Source of the DNA: an uncultured delta proteobacterium
Lineage (GTDB): Bacteria > Desulfobacterota > Binatia > UBA9968
DNA: 64,000 bases
NCBI GenBank assembly: GCA_963745835.1
Contig: CAVUZH010000003.1
Coordinates: 864,001-928,000, forward strand
Direction of reading: 5' to 3'
Of the stretch, positions 42,979 to 51,948 are shown piece by piece. A program made the position numbers and the translations under genes. The first letter of the stretch is position 1, and every line of letters begins with the position of its first letter. The notes under the pieces are model-generated. The model did no database searches. It had not been told where the DNA came from and saw nothing but the letters and a program-made list of their open reading frames with translations.

Positions 42979-43123
42979 ACACCTCGGTCAAACAGCCATT
43001 CGAGTCGGAAATTCGCCGCCTACCGAGAGATCGGCCTCAGCAGCACAACTTAATCAAGCTCATTCACGGGAAACCTGATTGACCCCTGAGTATCCAGCTT
43101 CTCTTCACTGTGGCGGTTCCGCT

Positions 43124-43885
43124 ATGCGTGTCGTGATCACCGGTGCCGCTGGCAGCATCGGCAGCCAATTGGTTGAGGAACTGTCCCGCTCCCATGAGCT
43201 GTGCCTTATCGACGTCCGTCCTATAAGCGGTCGAAGATCCATAATCGGCAATTTATCGGTGCTTCCAAGAGGCTGGCGGAGTTGGCTCAAACCAAAATCT
43301 ATGCACTGGAGCGAGGCGTTTAAGGGGGCTCAGGTAGTCGTCCATCTTGCCGCCGATATCGACCCTAAGGCGCTCTGGGAAAGCGTGCTCCCCAACAACA
43401 TTGAAGGAACCTGGAATGTTATCCATGCCGCAACCGAGCATGGGGTACGGCGGATCGTCTTCGCGAGCTCCAATTGGGCGGTGAAAGCGCTCGAGGAAAA
43501 ATTGGCGCCCGGCTGCTATCAACCGGACGGGCCAAAGATCGGTTCTGACGCGCCTCCATTTCCGCTGACGGCATATGGTCTATCAAAATCTTTTGGCGAA
43601 CTCGCCGGCAGGATGTTCGTCGACGAAGGAAAGCTGGAAACTTTTGTTGCCGTGCGCATAGGCAATTATGGGCCTAATCCTTCGAACGATGAGATGGTAC
43701 GCGGCCGCTGGATTGGCACAGACGACATACGCAGCCTTTTCAGGCGCTGTGTTGAAGCGGACCTCAGGGGTTTTCACGTGGTTTATGGGGTATCCGCGCA
43801 AAAGACAGCGCCTTATGACCTCTCGCACACACGTAAAGCGCTCTCGTGGCTTCCGCAGCAAGTTCCCGCCGACCACGAAACTTGA
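43124..43885 (+). CDS. NAD(P)-dependent extended SDR, uronate dehydrogenase-like, copy 1
   Basis: ITGAAGSIG, VHLAA, NNIEGTWNV, FASSN, YGLSK, VRIG and FHVVYGVS. Confidence 0.85.
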   Translation: MRVVITGAAGSIGSQLVEELSRSHELCLIDVRPISGRRSIIGNLSVLPRGWRSWLKPKSMHWSEAFKGAQVVVHLAADIDPKALWESVLPNNIEGTWNVIHAATEHGVRRIVFASSNWAVKALEEKLAPGCYQPDGPKIGSDAPPFPLTAYGLSKSFGELAGRMFVDEGKLETFVAVRIGNYGPNPSNDEMVRGRWIGTDDIRSLFRRCVEADLRGFHVVYGVSAQKTAPYDLSHTRKALSWLPQQVPADHET

Positions 43886-43907
43886 TCCACTCAGTGGAAC
43901 ACAAAAT

Positions 43908-44666
43908 ATGCGCGTTGTGATAACCGGCGCTGCCGGTCGCATCGGTCGTCAGATGGTAGAAGAGCTCTCTGACGCGTATGAACTTCGCCTCATAGACCGT
44001 GTGCGCCTGCCTCGGCGAAGGTCGATTGTCGCCGACCTTTCTCGAAGTCATGGCGGTCCGATGAAGCGCACCTGGCGGTGCTTTGGACGTTCGGCTTGGA
44101 TCGAATTGTTTCGGGGAGTCGATGTCGTGCTCCACTTGGCGGCAGATGTCCGCAACGATGCGCCATGGGATTCGGTATACGTTAATAACATAAAGGCTAC
44201 ATGGAACGTCCTTGAAGCTGCAGCGCGATATCAAGTACCTCGGGTGATCTTCGCCAGTTCAAACTGGGCGGTCAGATCGCTTGAGCAATCGTTGGCGCCG
44301 GCATGTTACCAGCCGGGCGGTCCCAAGATTGGCTCTGCCGCTTCGCCACAACCTCTCGGTCCGTACGGTATCTCCAAAGCTCTTGGCGAGCTTGCAGGGC
44401 GAATGTTCGTGGATCAGCGGCAGTTACGTTTATTCATCGCCGTTAGGATCGGCGCCTATGCGCCCGAACCCGAAAGGACCGATGAGAGGTTAAGCGCTCT
44501 CTGGATCGGTGTTCAGGATCTCCGCAGCCTGCTGCGCCGCTGCGTCGAATCATCATCGGAAGGATTTCATGTCGTCTATGGCGTTTCAGGTCAGACGACG
44601 ACGCCCTATGATTTATCGTACACGTGTAATTTTCTCTCGTGGCAACCGCGTCAAAGCGCTCTGTGA
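43908..44666 (+). CDS. NAD(P)-dependent extended SDR, uronate dehydrogenase-like, copy 2
   Basis: Tandem paralogue: ITGAAGRIG, FASSNWAV, YGISK and FHVVYGVS. The ATG at 43908 matches the copy 1 N-terminus. Confidence 0.85.
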   Translation: MRVVITGAAGRIGRQMVEELSDAYELRLIDRVRLPRRRSIVADLSRSHGGPMKRTWRCFGRSAWIELFRGVDVVLHLAADVRNDAPWDSVYVNNIKATWNVLEAAARYQVPRVIFASSNWAVRSLEQSLAPACYQPGGPKIGSAASPQPLGPYGISKALGELAGRMFVDQRQLRLFIAVRIGAYAPEPERTDERLSALWIGVQDLRSLLRRCVESSSEGFHVVYGVSGQTTTPYDLSYTCNFLSWQPRQSAL

Positions 44667-44687
44667 AGGAAGTTAACAGATACGGCT

Positions 44688-46007
44688 GTGTTTCTCCTGA
44701 CTTATTTGAAAGCTCATATACGATCGCAGAAATCTCTCTTTTTCGACAGCGGCGTAGATCGTGAGCAGCGATGGGCATCGACTCTCGAAAATTGGAACTT
44801 GGGTGAGGCGCGAAGCAGCCTCGAGCGCATTCTTACACAGAATATAATTCCTTTCTGGTATCCGGGCGTGATTGATTCTAACGATGGCGGCTATCGCCTG
44901 AATCATGATTTGCAAGGAAGATGGAGAGGACCGGCAAGTAAATGTCTCGTCACACAGGCCAGGACGCTCTGGTTTTTTTCACGCTTAATCAATTCAAATT
45001 ACCGCATTCCTGATTGTCTCGCCGCAGCTAGTCATGGGTATGAGTTTCTAAGAGATAGAATGTGGGATCGCGAGTTCGGCGGATTTTACTGGGAAATCGA
45101 TTCATCAGGACAGAGCGCTGCCAAGCCCGAAAAGCAGATTTATGGCCAGGCCTTCGCGCTTTATGCATTGACGGAGTACGCCACAGCGTCGGGCGATTCA
45201 TCCGCGAAGGATACAGCTAAAGAGCTTTTTGGATTGATCGAAACCAAAGCGCACGACAAGCGATACGGCGGCTATAGAGACATGTTACAACGCGACTGGA
45301 CGCCGCTGTCTGAGAGCCGTGTGGCTGACGGGCATGATCGAGTACCGCGTAAACGTATGAATACGCATCTCCATTTGCTGGAGGCGATAACAAGCTTTTA
45401 TAGCTTTACTGAGGACGCGCTGGCGCGCGAGCGGCTCATCGAATTGATTCTCGTCAATAGTAACTCAGTCGTGAGAAAGGATATCGGCGCCTGCACTGAT
45501 CAATACCTGGAAAATTGGCAACCGCTTACTGCGCCTGATTACCAGCGGATATCGTACGGCCATGATCTGGAGAATATTTGGCTTTTGATGAAAGCCTGCA
45601 AAACCGCGGGTATTGCGGAAAATCTCTTATCGGATCTTTACCGGAGCCTCTTCAAGTATGCGCTTCAGTACGGGCTGGATCGAAAAAACGGCGGTTTCTA
45701 TAATTCCGGTTTTTTTAATTCGCCGGCTGACCAGCGCGAAAAGATATGGTGGGTTCAGGCCGAGAGTCTAGTCGCTGCTCTTGAGATGTACAGGCTTACT
45801 CGAGAGCAGATCTATTCGGATTGTTTCTCGCTTGTTCTCGATTGGATCGTGAACCACCAGGTGGACTGGAAACATGGCGACTGGTACGAAAAGGTCGACG
45901 AGGAAGGAAAAGCGTCGGGCGTGAAAGCTGGACCCTGGAAGGGGCCGTACCACAACGGTCGAGCTATGCTGCGGTGTTTAGATCTGCTGGATTCATGCTC
46001 GTTTTAG
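44688..46007 (+). CDS. AGE-family (cellobiose/N-acylglucosamine 2-epimerase-like) epimerase
   Basis: QARTLWFFS, YGQAFALYAL, MNTHLHLLEA, SYGHDLE, KIWWVQAE and WKGPYHNGR; the catalytic His residues are present. Confidence 0.92.
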   Translation: MFLLTYLKAHIRSQKSLFFDSGVDREQRWASTLENWNLGEARSSLERILTQNIIPFWYPGVIDSNDGGYRLNHDLQGRWRGPASKCLVTQARTLWFFSRLINSNYRIPDCLAAASHGYEFLRDRMWDREFGGFYWEIDSSGQSAAKPEKQIYGQAFALYALTEYATASGDSSAKDTAKELFGLIETKAHDKRYGGYRDMLQRDWTPLSESRVADGHDRVPRKRMNTHLHLLEAITSFYSFTEDALARERLIELILVNSNSVVRKDIGACTDQYLENWQPLTAPDYQRISYGHDLENIWLLMKACKTAGIAENLLSDLYRSLFKYALQYGLDRKNGGFYNSGFFNSPADQREKIWWVQAESLVAALEMYRLTREQIYSDCFSLVLDWIVNHQVDWKHGDWYEKVDEEGKASGVKAGPWKGPYHNGRAMLRCLDLLDSCSF

Positions 46008-46026
46008 AAAAGAGTCATTCACTATA

Positions 46027-46737
46027 ATGTCGTCGTTAGTCAGTTGCATCGTTCCGGTTTTCAACGGCGAGCGATATTTGGGCGAGGCGCTCGAGAGTAT
46101 TCTGGCGCAAACCTACCGGCCGCTCGAGATTATCGTTGTCGATGATGGATCGACCGACACTACGCCAGGGGTCGCGGCTTGTTACGAAGAGCAAATTCGC
46201 TATGTAAGACAAGATAACGCCGGAGCGCCAAGCGCGCGTAATCTTGGGCTGAGCCTTTCCGGCGGCGGGTTTGTAGCGTTTCTCGATGCCGACGACCTCT
46301 GGGGTGCCGAGAAGTTGGAACGGCAAATGCGGCGATTCGATGTGCGTCCGGAACTCGAACTATGTGTCACGTACTTGCAGAATTTTTGGATTGCGGAACT
46401 GAAGGCTGAAGAGAACCGCTTCAAAGGCCATCGGCTCTCCGAGCCGGTGCCTGGTTACGTTACACAGACTCTCTTGGCCCGCAGATCCGCTTTCGACAAG
46501 GTCGGCATGTTTGACGAGTCTTTGCAGGTCGGAGATACGACGGACTGGTTTTTACGCGCCGGAGAGCGGGGGCTAGTAACTGAATTGCTTACCGATGTAC
46601 TAGTTAATCGACGGATGCACGAGCATAACATGTCTATGCAGTCGGGCACTCGTCGTATGACCCCGCAAATGCAACATTCGATGTTGCGTGTCGTTAAGGC
46701 GTCGCTCGATCGCAGCCGGCTTGATCACAAGAACTGA
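46027..46737 (+). CDS. GT2 (GT-A) glycosyltransferase
   Basis: SCIVPVFNGERYL, VDDGSTD, ARNLG and FLDADDLW. Confidence 0.93.
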   Translation: MSSLVSCIVPVFNGERYLGEALESILAQTYRPLEIIVVDDGSTDTTPGVAACYEEQIRYVRQDNAGAPSARNLGLSLSGGGFVAFLDADDLWGAEKLERQMRRFDVRPELELCVTYLQNFWIAELKAEENRFKGHRLSEPVPGYVTQTLLARRSAFDKVGMFDESLQVGDTTDWFLRAGERGLVTELLTDVLVNRRMHEHNMSMQSGTRRMTPQMQHSMLRVVKASLDRSRLDHKN

Positions 46738-46897
46738 AAGACTTTATTCTTCGATTCCGTTCAGCTATCTACCGATTTCGATCTGAAAAATCAGAATCCA
46801 ACGGACCCTGCTGCCTTGAAGTTTTCGACCATACCGTGGGGTAAAAAAAGAATAGGCGGCGGCCTTTGTAGGAATACGGACTCGGCAGGACAACGCC

Positions 46898-47882
46898 ATG
46901 GATTTTAAATACGACGTGGAAGCGGATTGGGTTCTGTTGACGACCTGCAATTTCCGTTGTGCCTACTGCTTTGTTCCGCTTCCTGACTTGGCGAGCAAGT
47001 TAACGACGCATGGCACGAATGTTCAGTGGGCGGAAGGATTCGCGGCAACCGAAAAGACCTGGCTATTGCACATAAGCGGGGGCGAACCTTCCATTTATCC
47101 GGGCTTCGTTGATCTGTGCGAAAAACTCAGTCGGCGTCATTACTTGTCAATTAATTCCAACCTGTCGCACCGGTGTATAGAAACCTTCGGGGAAACAATC
47201 GATCCGGAACGAGTTCATTTTATCAATGCAGCCGTGCACTATGACGAGAGGCCAAGGCCGAGATCGCTTGCGGCTTTCATAACTCGTGTGCAGAAGCTCC
47301 ATATGCACCGGTTTCATGTGTTTGTCTCCTTGGTTATGACTCCTATCATGGTGAGGAACTTTCCTGAAATATCGAGGTACTTCGAATCCCATGGATTATC
47401 TCTCATTCCAAAGGTTATGCGCGACCGATTCCAAGGGAAGGTCTACCCACATGCGTACTCTGGTGAGGAGAAGTCCCTCCTGCGTGAATATTTAGCGAAG
47501 GCAAGGGAGAACTATGTTTCAGTCAAAGCCGTGATGGGTGAAACACCGACGATTAACATGCTGGATGATGACAGGTTCCTGGATTGCCCTCGGAGTTATC
47601 GCGGTAAGCTCTGTGGTTCGCGACACAACTTTGTCCGCATCGAACCGAATGGAGCTGGTGGTCCGTTGTGGGTCGGCGATGCAACTTGGCAATATCCTTC
47701 TAAAAAATGTCGCTCTTCTTAACACGCCCAAACCTTGTGACAGTTTTTACTGTCCGTACTTTTGTGAGAAATACACGTCATCGCCATTCGCGCCTGCGCA
47801 AGAAACGAAGAGAGATCTTGGTGATTTTTTCGTGTCATTGAAGGCGTGGCGAGATTCGCAACGGCAACAGCCGGAGAGATAA
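46898..47882 (+). CDS. Radical SAM protein with C-terminal Cys-rich (twitch-like) extension, frameshift near 47655
   Basis: CNFRCAYC, SGGEP and NSNL; the C-terminus has LCGS..FVRIEPNG/VVRCG...LGNI...PCDSFYCPYFC. Confidence 0.85.
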
Positions 47883-47992
47883 GGAAATAAGCACTCTGAA
47901 GGGCGGAGCGTAACGCAGCTGCGCGCCGGCTTGCGTCCACTCAACAGGATCCGCCCAGTGCTTTAAGTTCGACGTCTCGGCGGATAGAAGCA

Positions 47993-48715
47993 TTGACGAC
48001 GGAGAACTACTTTACGGGATCATCTTTGATCTGCTGCATCGTGCCAGTTTACAACGGCGAAAAGTATTTGTCCGAGACGCTGGATAGTATTCTGGCGCAG
48101 ACGTATCGGCCTTTGGAGATACTCGTGGCCGACGATGGCTCGACGGGACCGCCTCGGTTGTGGCGAGTTATGGCGATCAGGTTCGACATCTATTCCAGCC
48201 TAACGCTCCAAACGGCCGCTATATGCAACTTGGGCCTCAGGACCGCGCAACGCGCCTTTCGTTTCGTGGATGCAGGACGATCTGTGGCATCCAGACAAGT
48301 TAGGAAGTCAGATAGCTCGTTTTTAGGTATGGCTTCAATTCGACGTGAGCGTCACACATGGGCCAAAATTTTTCGGTCATGGAGCTCGAGGAGGAACGTG
48401 AGCAGTTCCACGATCACGGGGTTTCACAACCCTACCCAGTATGTGCCGCAGGCGCTCCTGGCACGACGCACGCTGTTTAACACAGTGGGTTACTTCAGGT
48501 GTCCGCTCCCAGGCAGGTGGACGCTACCAATTGGTTTCTGCGCGCAGTTGAACATGGAGCATCCTGGAGTTGTTACCCGATGTTCTGGTGTATAGTCGCA
48601 TCCTCAGAATAACTTAAGTCGGCGCATGAGTTCTGCCAGCAGAAGTGAGTATCTGCAACTCTTGAAGTCCTCGTTAGATCGCCGGCGCCTTCAAAAAATC
48701 CGAAGACGCTGCTAA
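47993..48715 (+). pseudogene. Heavily frameshifted GT2 paralogue
   Basis: CIVPVYNGEKYLSETLDSILAQTYRPLEILVADDGST, YVPQALLARR and EYLQLLKSSLDRRR in different frames with many indels. Confidence 0.8.
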
Positions 48716-48875
48716 TGAGATTGGGACTGACTAGAAACGGTGTCAGACATTCGTGGTGTTCTCTAACGTCCATATTAAGGCCAAAGCTTTAAGGGAAGCA
48801 AAAGACCGATTGCCCCGAGGTTTAGCTAAGAAGTCGCGAGATTCTGTGTCCTAAACATCAATACATTAATCAACT

Positions 48876-48889
48876 AAGAGGAGGGTCCG
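48876..48889 (+). promoter_or_regulatory. Strong Shine-Dalgarno upstream of the PqqD/RRE gene
   Basis: aagaggagggtccgATG, preceded by an AT-rich spacer. Confidence 0.6.
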
Positions 48890-49339
48890 ATGTTAAGTTT
48901 AAAAGATCGTTTGCGTGTGAACGAAGAAGAGGTCGCTGCCAAGGTGATCGATGGCGAGGCGATCATCATCAACCTGGCCAACGGGGTCTACTACAGTATG
49001 GACAAAGTAGGGGCTCTGATGTGGGATGTACTTCAGGGAGGACATAGCTTAGAAGAAGCGATTGTGGCCATCACTGGCCAGTACGACGTTTCGCCTGAGC
49101 AGGCAGAATTGAATGTACGAGAGTTGGTCCAGGAGCTTGTGCAAGAGAATCTGCTGCGTCCTTCAGACAACGGCGTTACCGCTGATGCGTCAGGAACGAT
49201 TGAGCAGCAGGAAAAAATGCCATACGAGACTCCCAAGCTCAATATCTATAGGGATATGGGAGACCTCCTGGCACTCGATCCTCCGGTTCCCGGTCTCGGC
49301 GACACTCCCTGGAAAGAGCCCGAAGAGCCTTCCAAGTAG
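48890..49339 (+). CDS. PqqD-family (RiPP recognition element) protein with C-terminal leader-like extension
   Basis: VAAKVIDGEAIIINLANGVYYSMDKVGALMWDVL...YDV...AE..V.ELVQELVQENLL is the PqqD/RRE pattern. It is followed by a linker and MPYETPKLNIYRDMGDLLALDPP... Confidence 0.9.
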   Translation: MLSLKDRLRVNEEEVAAKVIDGEAIIINLANGVYYSMDKVGALMWDVLQGGHSLEEAIVAITGQYDVSPEQAELNVRELVQELVQENLLRPSDNGVTADASGTIEQQEKMPYETPKLNIYRDMGDLLALDPPVPGLGDTPWKEPEEPSK

Positions 49340-49412
49340 CGGGACGTGTGCGACTGGTAAGAGTACAAACTCGTTGATAGCTGCTGCTTCCCTTTATCCA
49401 AGGGCTTCATTC

Positions 49413-50114
49413 ATGGAACAACCGCTGATCAGTTGTATCATTCCGGTCTTCAATGGGGAGCGATATCTGGGCGAGGCACTCGACAGCATTCTCGCTCAGA
49501 GCTACCGACCCATCGAGATCATCGTCGTCGATGACGGATCCACCGATGGCACGGCTGGTGTCGTTGCTGCTTTTGGTGATCAGGTGCGCTACCTCAGGCA
49601 GAACAATCAGGGACCGTCGTCGGCGCGAAACTTGGGCATCCGCGCTGCCGCAGGCGGCTTCATTGCTTTTCTCGATGCAGACGATTTGTGGCATTCCGAA
49701 AAGCTACAACGACAAATGGACCGCTTCAAAACGCGTCGGGAACTGGACTATTGTGTAACGCATGTCCAGAATTTCTGGATTCCGGATCTCAGGGAGGAAG
49801 CAGCAAAGTATCGCGACCATCGCATCACGCGACCCATTCCGGGATACGTCACAGGAACGCTCCTTGGGCGTCGCGCCTTTTTTGAATCAGTGGGCTTATT
49901 CAACTTGGCTTTGGCCCACGGCGACAGCACCGAGTGGTTTTTGCGCGCAGCCGAACGCGGAGCGGTGATGGAACTTTTGCCGGAAGTCCTTATGTATCGT
50001 CGCCTGCACCCCACCAACCGCAGTCGGGTTCGCGCGGCTACTAGCCGTGAGGAGTATCTAAGGCTCGTGAAATTGTCGCTCGACCGCAGGCGCGGTTCCG
50101 AGCAGAACTCCTAA
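49413..50114 (+). CDS. GT2 (GT-A) glycosyltransferase, close paralogue of 46027
   Basis: ISCIIPVFNGERYLGEAL, VDDGSTD, FLDADDLW and QNFWI. The ATG at 49413 lies within ORF 49113. Confidence 0.93.
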   Translation: MEQPLISCIIPVFNGERYLGEALDSILAQSYRPIEIIVVDDGSTDGTAGVVAAFGDQVRYLRQNNQGPSSARNLGIRAAAGGFIAFLDADDLWHSEKLQRQMDRFKTRRELDYCVTHVQNFWIPDLREEAAKYRDHRITRPIPGYVTGTLLGRRAFFESVGLFNLALAHGDSTEWFLRAAERGAVMELLPEVLMYRRLHPTNRSRVRAATSREEYLRLVKLSLDRRRGSEQNS

Positions 50115-50193
50115 ATCGCCAAAGAACAAGCCGCTTTGATCTAAGTAGCAGCGTGGCCGGATTAACCCGCCCGAATTCAGTATTGATATAACC

Positions 50194-51795
50194 ATGGAGG
50201 CTGCTAAGACACTGCTTGGCGTACTGTTGTTTGGTTTCGTATTGAATACTCTGGCTATCGATTGGGGCATTCCGAACACTCATTCGTGGAACCCGGATGA
50301 TATAGCACCAGACAAACCGCTACGGATCACTGAAACGTACACTAAGGGATGGCATAAGTACCCCTATTTACAATCCTGGATCGATTTTGCGATTTTCAGT
50401 CCCGTGCTTTTTTACTGGACGATCCGTAAGATCTATGTGCCGGCCTGCAACTCCAACATCGACACCTGCTTTAATGATCCGTATAACCAACTCAGTGTGC
50501 TGTTAATACTGTCGCGGATTATGACAGCCATCATGGCGCTCGGAGCCGTTTATTGGACTTACCAAACTTCACTATTGGTGTTTCACGACCGTCTGGCAGC
50601 AATGTTGGGCGCGCTGATCCTAACGTGTTCGAATGTCTTCGTCTTCCATGCGCAGCTTGGCAACGTGGATGTGCCTTGTCTCTTTTGGTTTGCATGGTCA
50701 CTTTATTACTATGCTCGGATTCTTCAGACCAATGAAGTCAAAAACTACCTTGCATTCGGCTTCTTATCGGCGTGTGCGTTAGCGACAAAGGAATCGATCA
50801 TCGGAGCGTATGTTCTTGTGGGACTGACTCTCTATGCGTTGTATGTGAAGCGTGTCATGCCGGAATTGAAGGCCCCGAGATTCGGGCGCCTATGGAAAAT
50901 TCATTCCGACGTGCGAATTTTGGGCCTTTTAGCGGTGCTTCTTTTTACGTACGCGCTGATCAACAACGTGTTTTTCAATTGGCAAGGGTTCACCAGACAT
51001 TTCGCGCATTGGATTGGCAGCGATGCCCTCGGCACTGCCCCTTATTCTAGGGTTCACATGGGCGCAAGGTGGCTCTTAAAAACGTTTGTTCTTCAGTTGA
51101 AGGATGGCATGGGTTCGGCCTTGCTGCTGCTGTGCATAGGAGGCTTGGTTTATGGCCTCAAGCGAAATTTCAGGGGAAGTTTGCTCCTGATCCTCCCGAT
51201 TGTTTCGTATTATTTGTTTACGATTCAAATGGTTAATTTTACCTACACTCGCTTCGGGCTCCCGGTCATTGTCTTGCTTGCGATTTTTGGCGGCTTGTTC
51301 GCCGCGTTTCTTTCACGTTCTAGATGGACACCCCTATCACTTCTTGTACTTGTAGTCGCGTTTGCACAAGGGGTTTTGATGTCGGCGAATACAATAGTGA
51401 CGATGCGCAACGATAGTCGCTACGCCACCGAACAGTGGCTGCTCAAGCACGTTCCAAACACAGAAAGAATTGGCGTGTTTGGTCTTCGCACTTATTTTCC
51501 TCGCTTTGGACTTTTGGGTTACGAAATGGAACGCTTGGCAGACGATCTTATAACGGTCGACTATTTGACGGCCAACGGCCCGCGGTATCTGGTGCTAACG
51601 TCCGCCTATTATGTCCCTTCTGAAGCGAAGCAAAAAAAAGTGGTGGATGCGCTATTCAGCCACCGTTTCGACTATCGAATAATTTGGGATTACAAATACG
51701 AATCTCCGCTGAAGCCTCTTCTAGGTGACCGCTATATGAGCGGCTTTATTAATCCCAGGATCACAGTGTTTAGGCGAGAAGGCGACTCGCTCTAA
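50194..51795 (+). CDS. GT39/ArnT-like membrane glycosyltransferase
   Basis: IDWGIP..WNPDD, HKYPYL, NVDVP, ALATKE, YTRFGLP and NDSRY..EQWL. Confidence 0.82.
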   Translation: MEAAKTLLGVLLFGFVLNTLAIDWGIPNTHSWNPDDIAPDKPLRITETYTKGWHKYPYLQSWIDFAIFSPVLFYWTIRKIYVPACNSNIDTCFNDPYNQLSVLLILSRIMTAIMALGAVYWTYQTSLLVFHDRLAAMLGALILTCSNVFVFHAQLGNVDVPCLFWFAWSLYYYARILQTNEVKNYLAFGFLSACALATKESIIGAYVLVGLTLYALYVKRVMPELKAPRFGRLWKIHSDVRILGLLAVLLFTYALINNVFFNWQGFTRHFAHWIGSDALGTAPYSRVHMGARWLLKTFVLQLKDGMGSALLLLCIGGLVYGLKRNFRGSLLLILPIVSYYLFTIQMVNFTYTRFGLPVIVLLAIFGGLFAAFLSRSRWTPLSLLVLVVAFAQGVLMSANTIVTMRNDSRYATEQWLLKHVPNTERIGVFGLRTYFPRFGLLGYEMERLADDLITVDYLTANGPRYLVLTSAYYVPSEAKQKKVVDALFSHRFDYRIIWDYKYESPLKPLLGDRYMSGFINPRITVFRREGDSL

Positions 51796-51948
51796 GCACG
51801 CTGAATCAGCCGCGATCGCGCTTCTAATCGCTCTGATGCCTATCGATTTGAGTTCTTTTTATTTCCTTACAATCATTACAATCATTTGGCTTAAAACTTT
51901 ACCAGCGAATAACGAAGCAGACGGTACAGCAGCAGGGAACACGGATCG

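Noticed and set aside
48890-49339. PQQ biosynthesis operon
   Set aside because: No pqqA (ExxxY peptide), pqqB or pqqC is present, and the radical SAM proteins do not look like PqqE.
49113-49412. N-terminal extension of ORF 49113 (also the extensions of ORFs 43668, 53748 and 25194)
   Set aside because: These extensions overlap or abut upstream genes, and paralogue alignment places the true starts at 49413, 43908, 53886 and 25308.
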